Shown piece by piece: positions 1 to 10,545 of a stretch of 64,000 nucleotides of DNA. The stretch covers positions 186,001-250,000 of the forward strand of contig BROI01000001.1 of NCBI GenBank assembly GCA_027923505.1. Direction: 5' to 3'. Both the position numbers and the translations under genes were made by a program. The stretch comes from Mayamaea pseudoterrestris. Taxonomy: Eukaryota. The notes beneath the pieces are model-generated. The model did not search any database and was not told where the DNA came from. It saw nothing but the letters and a program-made list of their open reading frames with translations. Position 1 is the first letter of the stretch. Every line of letters begins with the position of its first letter.

Positions 1-477
1 TTTTTAGCTGGTATAATGTGGACGTTTGCAATGTGAAGTGCATGATCTTTTTGGATGCGGCGAACAGAATTTTAGTCGTAGTACGACGTGTGTGTGTCAC
101 AGTGGTTCAGACCAAAATGACTTTCACAATCTACTCGAGTATCAAGCAAGACCGGAATTCCTTAACATGTACACTACAAGTCATAGTCGAACACTCTGAC
201 ACGACTGACAATGACCGACTGACCGCGCGACGGCGCGGCGACGTGTTGGATGCGAAAAAGTCCGAGACAAGTCAAGACCATCGCTGCAGCAAAGAATGAT
301 AACAGCAAAAAAGTCTGATTGCATATACATATCGACAACTGGGCTGTATCGTACGTAAGGCCGGAGTTTGTGTGTGTCGCCGATGGACAATACATTTTAC
401 GACTAAATGCTCTTGTCGCTCACTTGCTAGTAATTGCTAATTGAACATCTCATTGCCTTGTTACTCCTTGCAGCAGC

Positions 478-2373
478 ATGACGGAAACGACTCCGATGAA
501 TGAAACCACTGGCGCTGCGGACGCAGACATGAACGCCATGCCGATTGACGATTTGCTGGAAGCCATTCGACAAAAGCGAGAAACGCTGCAGGTTTTGAAA
601 TCGGATATGGAACATGGCGGCGGCGAGCCCATCAAGGAGCAGCAGCAGCAACCAGATTTTGAAGAGCAAACGACCCATTGTATTGCGACGGAGTCGCCGA
701 TGGAAGACAATGCAGCTATTTCTTCATCTGACTGCAATCACACCAACGAGTCAAAAATTGTAGGGCAGGAGCAGGAGGATGACGACGATGAAGAGGAGGA
801 GGAAGAAGTGATTGAGGAAGTTAGCGTCTGCACGGCTGATCTTGGACCAGAGGACGACCTCAGCTATCAAGAGGTTTGGGAGGAGGAAATTATTGAAGAT
901 GACGACGAAGATGAGCCGTTTCTGTACGAGGACGTGGGGTCTGCTGCCTTGAGGCCTGTTGTAGTCGAAGGAATGGCCCTGCAGGAAGCCCAAGCTGTGG
1001 ACGCTAACGATATCACGGAGGATTTTTACGATGAGGAGGAAGTCACGGAGTCGCAAGCGGAAGATGCAATGGATCCAGTTGTCATCAAAGAGTCTATGCC
1101 GGTGCACGAGGAGCCATCAGTCAGCAAGACGAAAGAGACTCCTTCTTCTGTGCCGATTGTTACTGTCTCGGAGGCGCCTGCTCCTACGCCTCCAGTTGTT
1201 GCAGCAATTCCGGCTCCGCTCATCGCCGTCCCGACGATGGTTACAGTGACACCTCCAGCGGAAGATGTCGCGATGGCACAGCATGCTCCAATCATTGAAA
1301 AGCGAAAGGAGCGATACAACAAGCTTGGAAATCGCTTAAAGAACATTTGGAAGCCTCCCAATGCGCTTGTTTCGACCGGAGCTTTGTCTGATGAACCCAA
1401 CGCAGCGTCAGTGGACCCAGCAATTGATGATGATAACGCAGACACTGTCGCCACCGACAACGAGACGAACGAGCAACCCGAGATTGCTGCTCCATCGCAA
1501 CCTGTGCCAACGACTCCTGCCGAAACGCCGCAAAAGAAAGTACCTTCACGGCGGCAGAAATCATTTTCTAAAATGCTGGGTATTCGAGGACAACACGAAG
1601 CCAAGGAGGCCAAGGAGTCTGCTGCGGAAACGGAAGCACCAGTATCTTTGACCGACGACAATCCTCGTCCAAAGGTTGCACCGCCAAAGCGGCAAAAGTC
1701 TCTATCCAAACTCCTGGGAGGCGGGCGTCAAAAGTCACTGACTAAGCAAGACGCCATGACTGCAGTCGTTAAAAGCGACGAGAAGGTCAAGCCGGCGCCG
1801 CGAAGACAAAAGTCCTTTTCGAAAATGCTTTCAAACCTACGCCAAACATCTGATCCAGACAAGAAGAAGGTTCGAAAGCTGGTAGCCGTCCGCCAAGTTT
1901 CCAACAAGTCTGATATGGAAGCCGGCGTTATTACGGAACAGACCGTCACGACGACTGAAGAGCAAGCGACTTTACCCACCGTATCACATACCGAACGCGC
2001 ACCTGAAGAGGAAAAGATCACGGTCAAATCGTCCACTCGCATCGTGGATGGCAAGGCGGTGACGACAACTACCAAGACAACCTGGCGCGTACCCCGGCAA
2101 GGTAGCGACAAGCAGGATGAATCGGATTCCACCTCGGTCACTCAAGTTTCTACTGGTAGCCCAGTCTCAGTGACGCCAGCCAAGGCTCGTGTCTTCAGTG
2201 GCTACGTTCCCAATTCGCCAATGACTCCGACTCGAGCAACTCCCAATCGGGTCGCAGGGCACATTCCACCTCCGTCTCCTAGCAGCGATATTGGATGGAG
2301 CAAGCCGGAATGGACAAAGCCGGTCTTGCGCAAGACGAAAATGGGTGATGCCATTCGAGCGGGTGAAAAGTAG
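478..2373 (+). CDS. Acidic, low-complexity hypothetical protein with repeated RQKS(F/L)SK motifs and a C-terminal WSKPEW..LRKT motif
   Basis: 631-aa ATG ORF with E/D-rich and P/T-rich tracts; C-terminus DIGWSKPEWTKPVLRKTKMGDAIRAG resembles the neighbouring genes. Confidence 0.8.
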   Translation: MTETTPMNETTGAADADMNAMPIDDLLEAIRQKRETLQVLKSDMEHGGGEPIKEQQQQPDFEEQTTHCIATESPMEDNAAISSSDCNHTNESKIVGQEQEDDDDEEEEEEVIEEVSVCTADLGPEDDLSYQEVWEEEIIEDDDEDEPFLYEDVGSAALRPVVVEGMALQEAQAVDANDITEDFYDEEEVTESQAEDAMDPVVIKESMPVHEEPSVSKTKETPSSVPIVTVSEAPAPTPPVVAAIPAPLIAVPTMVTVTPPAEDVAMAQHAPIIEKRKERYNKLGNRLKNIWKPPNALVSTGALSDEPNAASVDPAIDDDNADTVATDNETNEQPEIAAPSQPVPTTPAETPQKKVPSRRQKSFSKMLGIRGQHEAKEAKESAAETEAPVSLTDDNPRPKVAPPKRQKSLSKLLGGGRQKSLTKQDAMTAVVKSDEKVKPAPRRQKSFSKMLSNLRQTSDPDKKKVRKLVAVRQVSNKSDMEAGVITEQTVTTTEEQATLPTVSHTERAPEEEKITVKSSTRIVDGKAVTTTTKTTWRVPRQGSDKQDESDSTSVTQVSTGSPVSVTPAKARVFSGYVPNSPMTPTRATPNRVAGHIPPPSPSSDIGWSKPEWTKPVLRKTKMGDAIRAGEK

Positions 2374-2502
2374 TTGAGAACGAGTAGTTGTTGTTCGTTA
2401 ATGTAGTTATATATTGAAATGCGAAATTTCTCCTACAATGTCCCATCTTACTGCTATAATTACTAAATGAGATATCTTCATATATAAACGAGCTAGAGTT
2501 TT

Positions 2503-3822
2503 TTAATCCACAGTTTTAATGCCGCCAATATCTCGTTCAAGTTTCGCGCCGCTCTTCAACGCATCCCCCTTGCCAGTGCCACGAAGCTTCGGGCCACCCT
2601 TTGCCCAGTCGGGCTTAGTCCAGCCAATATCCTTCTCTCCTTCAGCAATTTGCGACTTTTTCGTGGCGGGCATGTGCGGTAGGGTCGTAATTGGCTTGGC
2701 CAAAGAGTTGATGTCTGTGCCAGTCTTCTTCAGTACTGGCTTGAGAGCCCACGATGGTTTCTCCCAAGCGTATTCCTTCACTTCGGCACTGTCATCACCG
2801 CTTGGACCCGACCATTCGACTGGAGGTGCCTTGGGCGCCGCGTTTGCCGCCTGCGCTCGCTCATACGCTTCTTGTTCCTCGCGCTCCTTTGCTTCGGCGT
2901 CAGCCTTGGCCTTGGCGACAGCTAAGCGCTCGCGCTCCTTGGCAGCTGCAGCTTGTTCACGCTCCTTGGATGCCTTTGCTTCTCGTTCCTTAGATTCCGC
3001 CTCAATCTTGGCCTTGGTCGCGGCGATCTCTCGTTCAATGGCTTCAATTTCCTCGCGCTTGGCTTGAGCAAGTCGTTCATTGTTCAATCTGGCTTGCTCC
3101 TCCGCGTCGCGCGTCGCTTGTGCTGCAGCAGCTTCATCTGCTTTTAACTGCGCCTTGGCTTCTGCAAGCTTGCGGGCCTGCTCTTCTGCTTGTTGCTTGA
3201 CGCGACGCTCATGTTCCTCCGCCGCTCGCTGAGCGCGCTCCTCTGCCTCGCGAGTCAATCGCGCATCATCCGCCGCAGCTCGCTCCGCTTTCTCTTGCTC
3301 CGCCAATCGAAGCTTTTCCTGCGTTTCGCGAACGAGTCGTTCCTCTGCTTCCACCTTTTCTCGCTCGGCTTGCTTGATGGCATCCTGTTTCGCTTGCTCC
3401 TCCATGGCCGCCTTCTTTTGTTCCGTTCGCTCCTTGTACTTGAGTCGTCGTTCCTCGGAGTTGTCAGACTCGTCTCCGCTGTCGTCGTCATCGCTGCTGC
3501 TTGGATACTGCACGGGCGCGTTGAAGCTGAGGGATGACCCGTGCGCCCAAAACGAGTCGGCCCCGCCGTTATTGCGGAGTTCGGGCGGTTTGAGCTCATT
3601 GGGAATCTTGAGTGGAGGTGGAAGGGGACGCATGTCGACATCCACACGTTCATCTTCCTCATCGGTAGCAGCAGCAGCTTCCTCCTCCTCCTCGTCATCG
3701 CTGTCGTCACTGATTTCGACTTCCTCCACTTCGTATTCCTCCTCGGACTCGTCGGCCGAGTCTTCGTCGTACTCCTCCTCAATGATTTCCTCAATCACTT
3801 CTTCCGTTTCAGAGTCAGACAT
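2503..3822 (-). CDS. Acidic and coiled-coil (E/A/K/R-rich) protein with two WxKPxW..L(K/R)xT motifs
   Basis: Likely start MSDSETEE at 3822; long charged helix; AWEKPSWALKPVLKKT and IGWTKPDWAKGGPKLRGTGKG. Confidence 0.85.
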   Translation of the reverse strand: MSDSETEEVIEEIIEEEYDEDSADESEEEYEVEEVEISDDSDDEEEEEAAAATDEEDERVDVDMRPLPPPLKIPNELKPPELRNNGGADSFWAHGSSLSFNAPVQYPSSSDDDDSGDESDNSEERRLKYKERTEQKKAAMEEQAKQDAIKQAEREKVEAEERLVRETQEKLRLAEQEKAERAAADDARLTREAEERAQRAAEEHERRVKQQAEEQARKLAEAKAQLKADEAAAAQATRDAEEQARLNNERLAQAKREEIEAIEREIAATKAKIEAESKEREAKASKEREQAAAAKERERLAVAKAKADAEAKEREEQEAYERAQAANAAPKAPPVEWSGPSGDDSAEVKEYAWEKPSWALKPVLKKTGTDINSLAKPITTLPHMPATKKSQIAEGEKDIGWTKPDWAKGGPKLRGTGKGDALKSGAKLERDIGGIKTVD

Positions 3823-4224
3823 GGTAATGGATGTACGGTATGAATACAAGCTTGCAGTATGTTCAATTTGATGCAATGTGGGTCTTGCTTCTTCGAAATT
3901 TGAGACTCGTCAACGCGCGCTGGATGCCAACATAGATCAGAACCAGTGCGACTCAAATAGTCATTTTATGTTTTCTGGTCATTTTAGATGCCTAGATCCA
4001 AATAACGCCAAATAAGGTTAAGTCATTCTGAGTCATGCGGCCTAATTCGTCAAGAATGTCAATGCTGTTTCAACACGACTGCATGATCGCGGAGTTCCAA
4101 CCAGTGACTCGCTGTCACGTATCCAAGCCATCAACCACACCAACCTTCATCTCCACCATCGCAGTGATCGACAAGGACGCAAAAGCGCAAAAGAGTTGAT
4201 ACAGTAAACAACTAATTTGCAAGC

Positions 4225-6202
4225 ATGCCGCAGATACAAGCCTTTGCAGTCACTGATGCGGACAAGGTAAGTCATGTAACGAGATGGACCTGCTCGACGG
4301 ACGACGAAAATATACCGGACATGAATGCCTGTTGCGCGGGATGCTGAAAGTTTTGCAAGCTACTTGGTCGCCGTATCTGATACTCACAGCCGAAACCCCT
4401 TTTCTTTTAATTTACAGAACGCCATTGACGAGAAGCGATTCGCCGCCCTTGACACGCACCGTCCGGACGATTGGATGGGAGCGTCGGATCATAATCGCTC
4501 GTCGAGCAGCATGCGCGGATCATTCACTCGCAAGGACAATAGCAACCATGGTCCTCATTCTCCCAAGAAGAAGAGCTTGACCTTGGCCGAGGCTCGCGAA
4601 AAGATTGCTCATTTGGCGAAAGGCGACACGGACATTGAAACGAGCGATCACCATCATGTGCAGCATGGCAGTCATTCTCGCATGCCAACTGCTCCCGCTA
4701 TGGATATGGAGAGTGATTTGGATGACGAGGACGATGATGGTGTCGTCGAGTATTACTCGGCCGAGGAAGAGGAAACTGAAGCTGCAATGGTTTCGGATGA
4801 AGAGGAGGAACAGGCAGCACCCTCGACTTCTGCCGCAGTTTCCAAACCAATTACGCGGGCCACTGCAACTGACGCAGCCAAGCAGCCAGTGAAGCGAATT
4901 TCTACGTTCGAGTTGCAAATGGAAGGCATGACGAACAAGGATGACGAAAATATTGAACGCGTCAATCCAAACGCCAAGGCCAAGCATTCACAAGCACCAG
5001 AAGGATACGAAAATGATGGAAGCAAGCCTTGTGCATCCGCTGACATTGACTTGGACGCCTTGCAGGAAGCTCCACGCGCTCCACGATCCAAGCTTGATCC
5101 CACCAGTCGCCCGCGCACCATGAGAGGCAATTCGTTTGGCGGAACGGACCATGTGTTTGATGAAGGGACACTGCGTCGTGGTGAAAAGAAACCAACAGCG
5201 GTCGACAAGCACTTGCAGGCCAAGGTGGAGGAAGGAGCATTACCTGCGTCGGATTTTTCCAAGCCTATTGTCGTTGACGAGTCGGCTCGGCCAGACTATG
5301 CGCAGCGGCCGGGAAGCGTTCGTGGAAAGAGCAACATTGATTCGGACAAGGTGGCGAATGCAGCGTTGGGAGCTGGAAGTGCGAATGAAGGTGGTAGCAG
5401 CAACCATGGAGAAGAAGGGATTGAAGCGATTGTTGCGTCCGAGACTTCATTGGCCAAGGCTGATACCAAGAAACCAGCCAAGCGCATCTCTTCCTTTGAG
5501 TTGCAAATGGAAGGCCTTGCCAGTAAGGATGACGAAAACATTGAACGCGTCAACCCAAATGCCAAGGCCAAGCCATCCCAAGCACCTGAAGGATACGAAG
5601 ACGAAGAAAGAAACCCATTGACGGCGGCGGATGGTCTCGACCTTGACGATTTGCCGGAAGCTCCGCGAGCGCCCAAATCCCTCTTGGATCCAACGAGTCG
5701 TCCACGCACCTTGCGTGGCAACTCGTTTGGGGGCACGGATCATGTGTTTGACGAGGGAACAATTCGACGAGGAGACAAGAAACCCAAGGCTATTGAGAAG
5801 CACTTGCAGGAAAAGATGGCTACCGAAGAGAGTGAATACAGCAAGCCTATTACTCACGTTGACGAATCAGTTCGTCCCGACTATGCTCAACGTCCTGGCG
5901 TTGTTCGCGGCAAGAGCGGAATTGATGAGGACAAGCTGGCCGGCGTGGTTTCTAACATCCGAACTGGAGGTAAGAAGAAGTCGCCGGCAGTGGCAAGCGA
6001 TGATAATGAAATATCAAGCACTGGTGATCGACCTGCGCCACCAAAGCATTCCGATAGCAATGAGGAACTGCCAGATGTACGACGGCCTTCTGGATTTGGC
6101 GTCACGCTCCGAGGTACCAAGAAGGGAGAAAGGCTTTTGGCTGGGGAGGAGATTGCGCACCGAGTGGGAGGCATTCGAATTGTTGACGATGACGAGCAGT
6201 GA
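4225..6202 (+). CDS. Hypothetical protein with an internal ~155-aa duplication; 2 exons (4225-4266, 4418-6202)
   Basis: ATG at 4225; GTAAGT donor at 4267 and TTTACAG acceptor ending 4417 join in frame to the 625-aa ORF; C-terminus LRGTKKGERL...VGGIRIVD. Confidence 0.8.
4878..5941 (+). repeat. Intragenic direct duplication (about 4878-5356 and 5466-5941)
   Basis: Both copies encode KRIS(T/S)FELQMEG..DDENIERVNPNAKAK..RPRT(M/L)RGNSFGGTDHVFDEGT..RPDYAQRPG. Confidence 0.9.
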
Positions 6203-6503
6203 TTTATTGTATCGCTCATGTAATTGTTATGTAAAGATTGTTTGTCACCATTATGGATCCGATAGAGCCATAAGTATTCACACTGTCTGCCCTTTTTGCT
6301 CCGCTCTCGGCGAGGCCACTAGCATTTTACGGTCACTCGTAAAATTTGTGAATGACGACCATGTTCTGACAGGGCAACTTTCAACTCGTACCTCGCCCAT
6401 GGAGTTAACAACATACTACAAAAATGATAAACGAATAATCAGGAGTTTTATCCAGTAATCTTACAACTGGAGCTTGTACATCAAATCATCATTACACTTG
6501 CGC

Positions 6504-7649
6504 TTATCCACCCGCTTGAAGCCGCGCCAGCTCGGCCATTTTCGCCGCCAAGATCTTTTGCAGGTCCTCCACTTCGGCATCTGGTCGTGCCTCATCTTCA
6601 TCATCGTAATCTCCCTCTGTCTCCTCCTCGACAATTTCTTCTTCCTCGTATTCTTCCTCCTCCTCCTCATCATCATCGTCTTGATAGTCGTTCTGACTTT
6701 CGACGGCCGGCGGTGAAGGTGCTACAGCACGCGAATGCAAAATCGCCTTGCTGCCATGACGATTCGCCATTGGACTAGCTCGGAACTCGGATGACGGTGG
6801 CGGCGTTGGCATCGGCCTGTACTGCTCCTGCTGCGAAGGTTGCAGTTCCATGGAAGGCGACTCCAGGGCTGCCAAGGCTGCATTCGTCACGGTTCTTCGA
6901 CTAAACTTGTTGGGGCTATCATCGTACTGGCCCTGTCGAATCTTTGCACCAGAGTCGGTCGATCGAAGTTTGTTTTTCGCCCAAGCTGGCTTGAATTTTG
7001 GCTGATCGGCTTGGCGGCCATAGGCGCCAAAGGAAGTTTGCTTCAAATTGTTAGCAATACCTTCGTAACCAAGCGCTGAAAGCAAATCCCAATATCCTGG
7101 AGGCATTTTGGATCCTCTTAAGAAAGACTGTGATGATATATCGGTAGGAAATAGTAAATGAGCAATGTATGCGTGAGAGAAAGTAAATTGTGGCATCCAC
7201 GATAAACATCGATGAACAAGCATTTTCTATCCAAATCCCTCACTCAATCCTGCATCATCACAAACTTCACATACCTGATAATCTGGATGCCTCGAAGAGA
7301 TTCCCAGCAAGGCAAGAGACTCGGATGTCACGCTTCCAACCTTGAAGTTGCGTCCAAGACAACCGCCTTCAGTTTCACCTTGATGACTTCCTCCTGCACC
7401 ACGTCCTCCCCATGTCGTTGGAAGTCCTCGTAGCGGCTGTCCATCTGGTCCAATGATTGGCTTTTTATCAGGTCCAAGAAACTCGGCACCGTCCTTGCAT
7501 CGATCCATTTGCTGGTAAAAGTAAGTCATATTTTCCTCGGCTAAACGTGTGACGGCTTCCTGCTCCAAGTCCAAAACGTAGTGCGGCGTAATTTCCATCC
7601 ACCAACGAGGCACGCGGCCGACGCCCGGTCCAAGGTCAGTTGCTGCCAT
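6504..7649 (-). CDS. Hypothetical protein, 2 exons (7649-7275, 7127-6504), with KPAW..LRST motif and acidic tail
   Basis: GTATGT donor at 7274 and CAG acceptor at 7128 join ORF 7227..7649 to ORF 6504..7223 in phase 0 (HPDYQ|SFLRGSK). Confidence 0.75.
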
Positions 7650-8144
7650 GATAGTGTTAGATTGTTAAACGATAGTTGCTTGGAGTAGTGCTGCTCGCCT
7701 TGTCGAAAATGTTGGAAGCGTCTTGGTCGATCGGCCGCAAGATCCAGCCGCGCCGAGAGTACACAAACACCGATAGTGCAGGAGTCACGCAAAATGACCC
7801 TACCGGTACGAAAGCGCAAGCGCCGTTTGGCATAGCTCGTAGCGGTATTGAACGTCACGTCAGTTATCGCCGAAACTTCTATCAGCGAGTCGAACGACGA
7901 CAAACCTTTCGAAACAATTTGCTTGCGCCACGTTCGACAAGCACCTGAGGTCGTGCTTTTGTATAGACGAATAGAACTAAAGTAAGCATCAAGTACTCTG
8001 CAGTCAATCTCCATCCCTTCACTCGCAAAACCAGCAGCCAACGCGACGAAGCTATCGGCTTGGTCAGCATTGTCAGATTGTCAGACATCGGCCGATCGGA
8101 TTCCATCGCGCCTCTACCGACTGCTTGCAGCTCCACTCGCATAG

Positions 8145-9047
8145 TTGATGTGGGAAGAAAAGTACCAAACGCTGGTTTTGTCCATCAAGAAGAATAAACA
8201 CCCAAACATGGGCGCATTGGTGGATCCACCGGCGGGCGATGAAAATGCGTATAGAGCAGCGCCAACAACGACAAAGAAACAGCAATTATCATCAACATCC
8301 ATAAGTAGAAACATGATGCGGACCGTCACACTCGAGCAAGTCGTTCAAACCGTTACACTCGAACCAGCCCGCGGTCGACTGCGCGTTGGCATTCTCCTGT
8401 TTCAGGACGTTCAAGTACTCGACTACTGCGGGCCATCGGAAGTGTTTAGTGTCACGCGCCTCGTTGGGCAAGCACCGAATGTCCAAGCTACAACAACCAG
8501 TCCCTTTCAAGTGATACTTGTTGCCGAAACACTTGATCCAATCACTTGCCGGGGTGGAATGGAGGTGATGCCACACGTTGACTTTGACTCTTGTCCGGAG
8601 CTTGACATTTTCCTCGTGCCTGGCGGGGTCGGTACGGGAAAGCTGCGCTACTATATTCCCGTTATTAACTTTGTACGAGCCAAGGGCAAGGAATGCAAAA
8701 TACTAGCCGCTATATCGAGTGGGGCCATACTGCTGGCCCAAGCTGGATTGCTGGATAAACGACATGTTGCGACACACCATCAAACGCTTGACTTGCTCGA
8801 AACTGAGTTTGGGAATAGCGTCACAGTGGAGCGCAAGCTGCAGTGGGTCCAACATGGCAAACTCTTTACAGGAGCTGAAGGCATTGACGTTTCGCTAAAG
8901 ATTGTGCAGCAGATATTCGGAGAAATTGCGGCAAAGGCAACGGCGCGGCACATGGAGCACGCGTTCCCGGACACGAACCAGCGACTAGTCAATTTAGATG
9001 ACGATGAGAATGAAACTGGGTGCGAGCTGCGATGCTCCATTATGTAA
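8145..9047 (+). CDS. DJ-1/PfpI family protein, catalytic residues apparently substituted
   Basis: VGILLFQDVQVLDYCGPSEVF, DIFLVPGG, GAILLAQAGLLD..ATH, GIDVSL; start codon uncertain. Confidence 0.85.
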   Translation: MMWEEKYQTLVLSIKKNKHPNMGALVDPPAGDENAYRAAPTTTKKQQLSSTSISRNMMRTVTLEQVVQTVTLEPARGRLRVGILLFQDVQVLDYCGPSEVFSVTRLVGQAPNVQATTTSPFQVILVAETLDPITCRGGMEVMPHVDFDSCPELDIFLVPGGVGTGKLRYYIPVINFVRAKGKECKILAAISSGAILLAQAGLLDKRHVATHHQTLDLLETEFGNSVTVERKLQWVQHGKLFTGAEGIDVSLKIVQQIFGEIAAKATARHMEHAFPDTNQRLVNLDDDENETGCELRCSIM

Positions 9048-10545
9048 TTGAAATGTAGTTTTGCAAGTTCCGTCTGGGCTACAAGATAAACTGCTTGTTA
9101 TCGCTGTCAAAATATCAAATTCTGGTTTTTGCACCACTTGCGACTCAGTAACAGTTATTATAAACAAATGAACCCACTGAATCGAACGTTGTATGCTCCG
9201 GATTGCGAGGCAAATGGAGCGGGGTAGCTAATTATGTCGTAGAGCGATTAAGTCATTGCGGGGGGAACCCCCGCTCTTCCTCTAACCCGCGCGAGCGGGT
9301 GATCACGGGACTGGATTGAACTGGGTCGTGCCGCATCCCATGCTAAAAAGCGCGGTTCCTTGGTCTCCGGGTTGGTTTGGCCGATTTTCATGGCATCGCC
9401 ACTTTTACGGTCGAATTGCGGGACCAAGGAGGCATTCCATTGCAACCAGCAAGATTTCATGAGAACCACAAGGAAGCAGGGAATATGATTCCGTTCAAAT
9501 TGTTGCCGCGGGACCAAAATTGAGTGAGTGAGGCGCTTCCATTTGATCAAGGTGCGAATTGGTCGAATCTTCAATCGTCGACGCGACTGCCTTAACATGC
9601 ATGCTTTTGGCTGAAACGATCGCAATAGACCATTTAATATATACTTGATACAATGTACGAGTAATAGCCTGGGGTAATTGCTCTAGCCAAAGTTGTTGCA
9701 GTGTTTCTGTCGAGATGAACTGAGTCAATTTACGAGAATCGTCCCAGCACGACCAAAAGTAAAAGTTATTTCGACATTTTTTACCATTGAATTCTTTAAT
9801 GATTTAAGTAGACGATGGTATGCTCAGATTCTCTGTATCGTCATTCTGGACCGAGTTTGATCCCAGAGAAGCACGACCAAGCGTCTGTTCGTGCTCATTT
9901 AGAGCCTATGCGACACTCATTCGGTTCATGCATTGGGGCATCGGCACGTACCGGTACTCGCTTAGCTACTTTAGCCATGCCTACTGGTTGTCAATAGCAA
10001 TAGCCATGCCTGCCGGTAGTCAATAGCATGAACGATACATTTGTAGTAGCAACAGCTGTAATGCTTTCGGAGGAATGAGTATGGATGTTTACGCTAGAAA
10101 TGCTGTATCCTTGGCGCATTCAATGTCCTGCAGAGGGACCCTTGCCAGTGGTTAGCAGGCTGCCAACCGCGACACTGCTTTTCAATGTCCCGCTAGCTAA
10201 TATTCTCAAAGTATAGTTCATTGGTGATTAATGAAACATTCAGCTTGCTTTTCGCTCTCTTATTTTGTTCGTCAATTCTTTCAGCTTCTGCCATTTGAGC
10301 TTGCTGTTTGTCGCCTACCGTAGTAGTAGCTTATGCCAAGCATACAAGTTTGCCCCCCGCAACTTGCCGTAGGTAACCATTTATACCTCTACGACAGTTT
10401 AAAATTTCAAAATTTATTGCGAGCCGGTCGGCTTGCAACTGTGGACGAATTTGGCCTCACAAAATCTGCAGGAGGTGACAGCTGATGAACCGTGAGGAAG
10501 CGACAATGATGCTATGTACCTAAGGATCGTCAAATCTATTGTAAC

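Noticed and set aside
1026..6458. Numerous antisense and alternate-frame ORFs over genes 1-3
   Set aside because: Shadows of low-complexity coding sequence with no motifs
7541..8142. Small ORFs between gene 4 and the DJ-1 gene
   Set aside because: Overlapping, mostly non-ATG and unrecognisable; likely divergent promoter/UTR sequence
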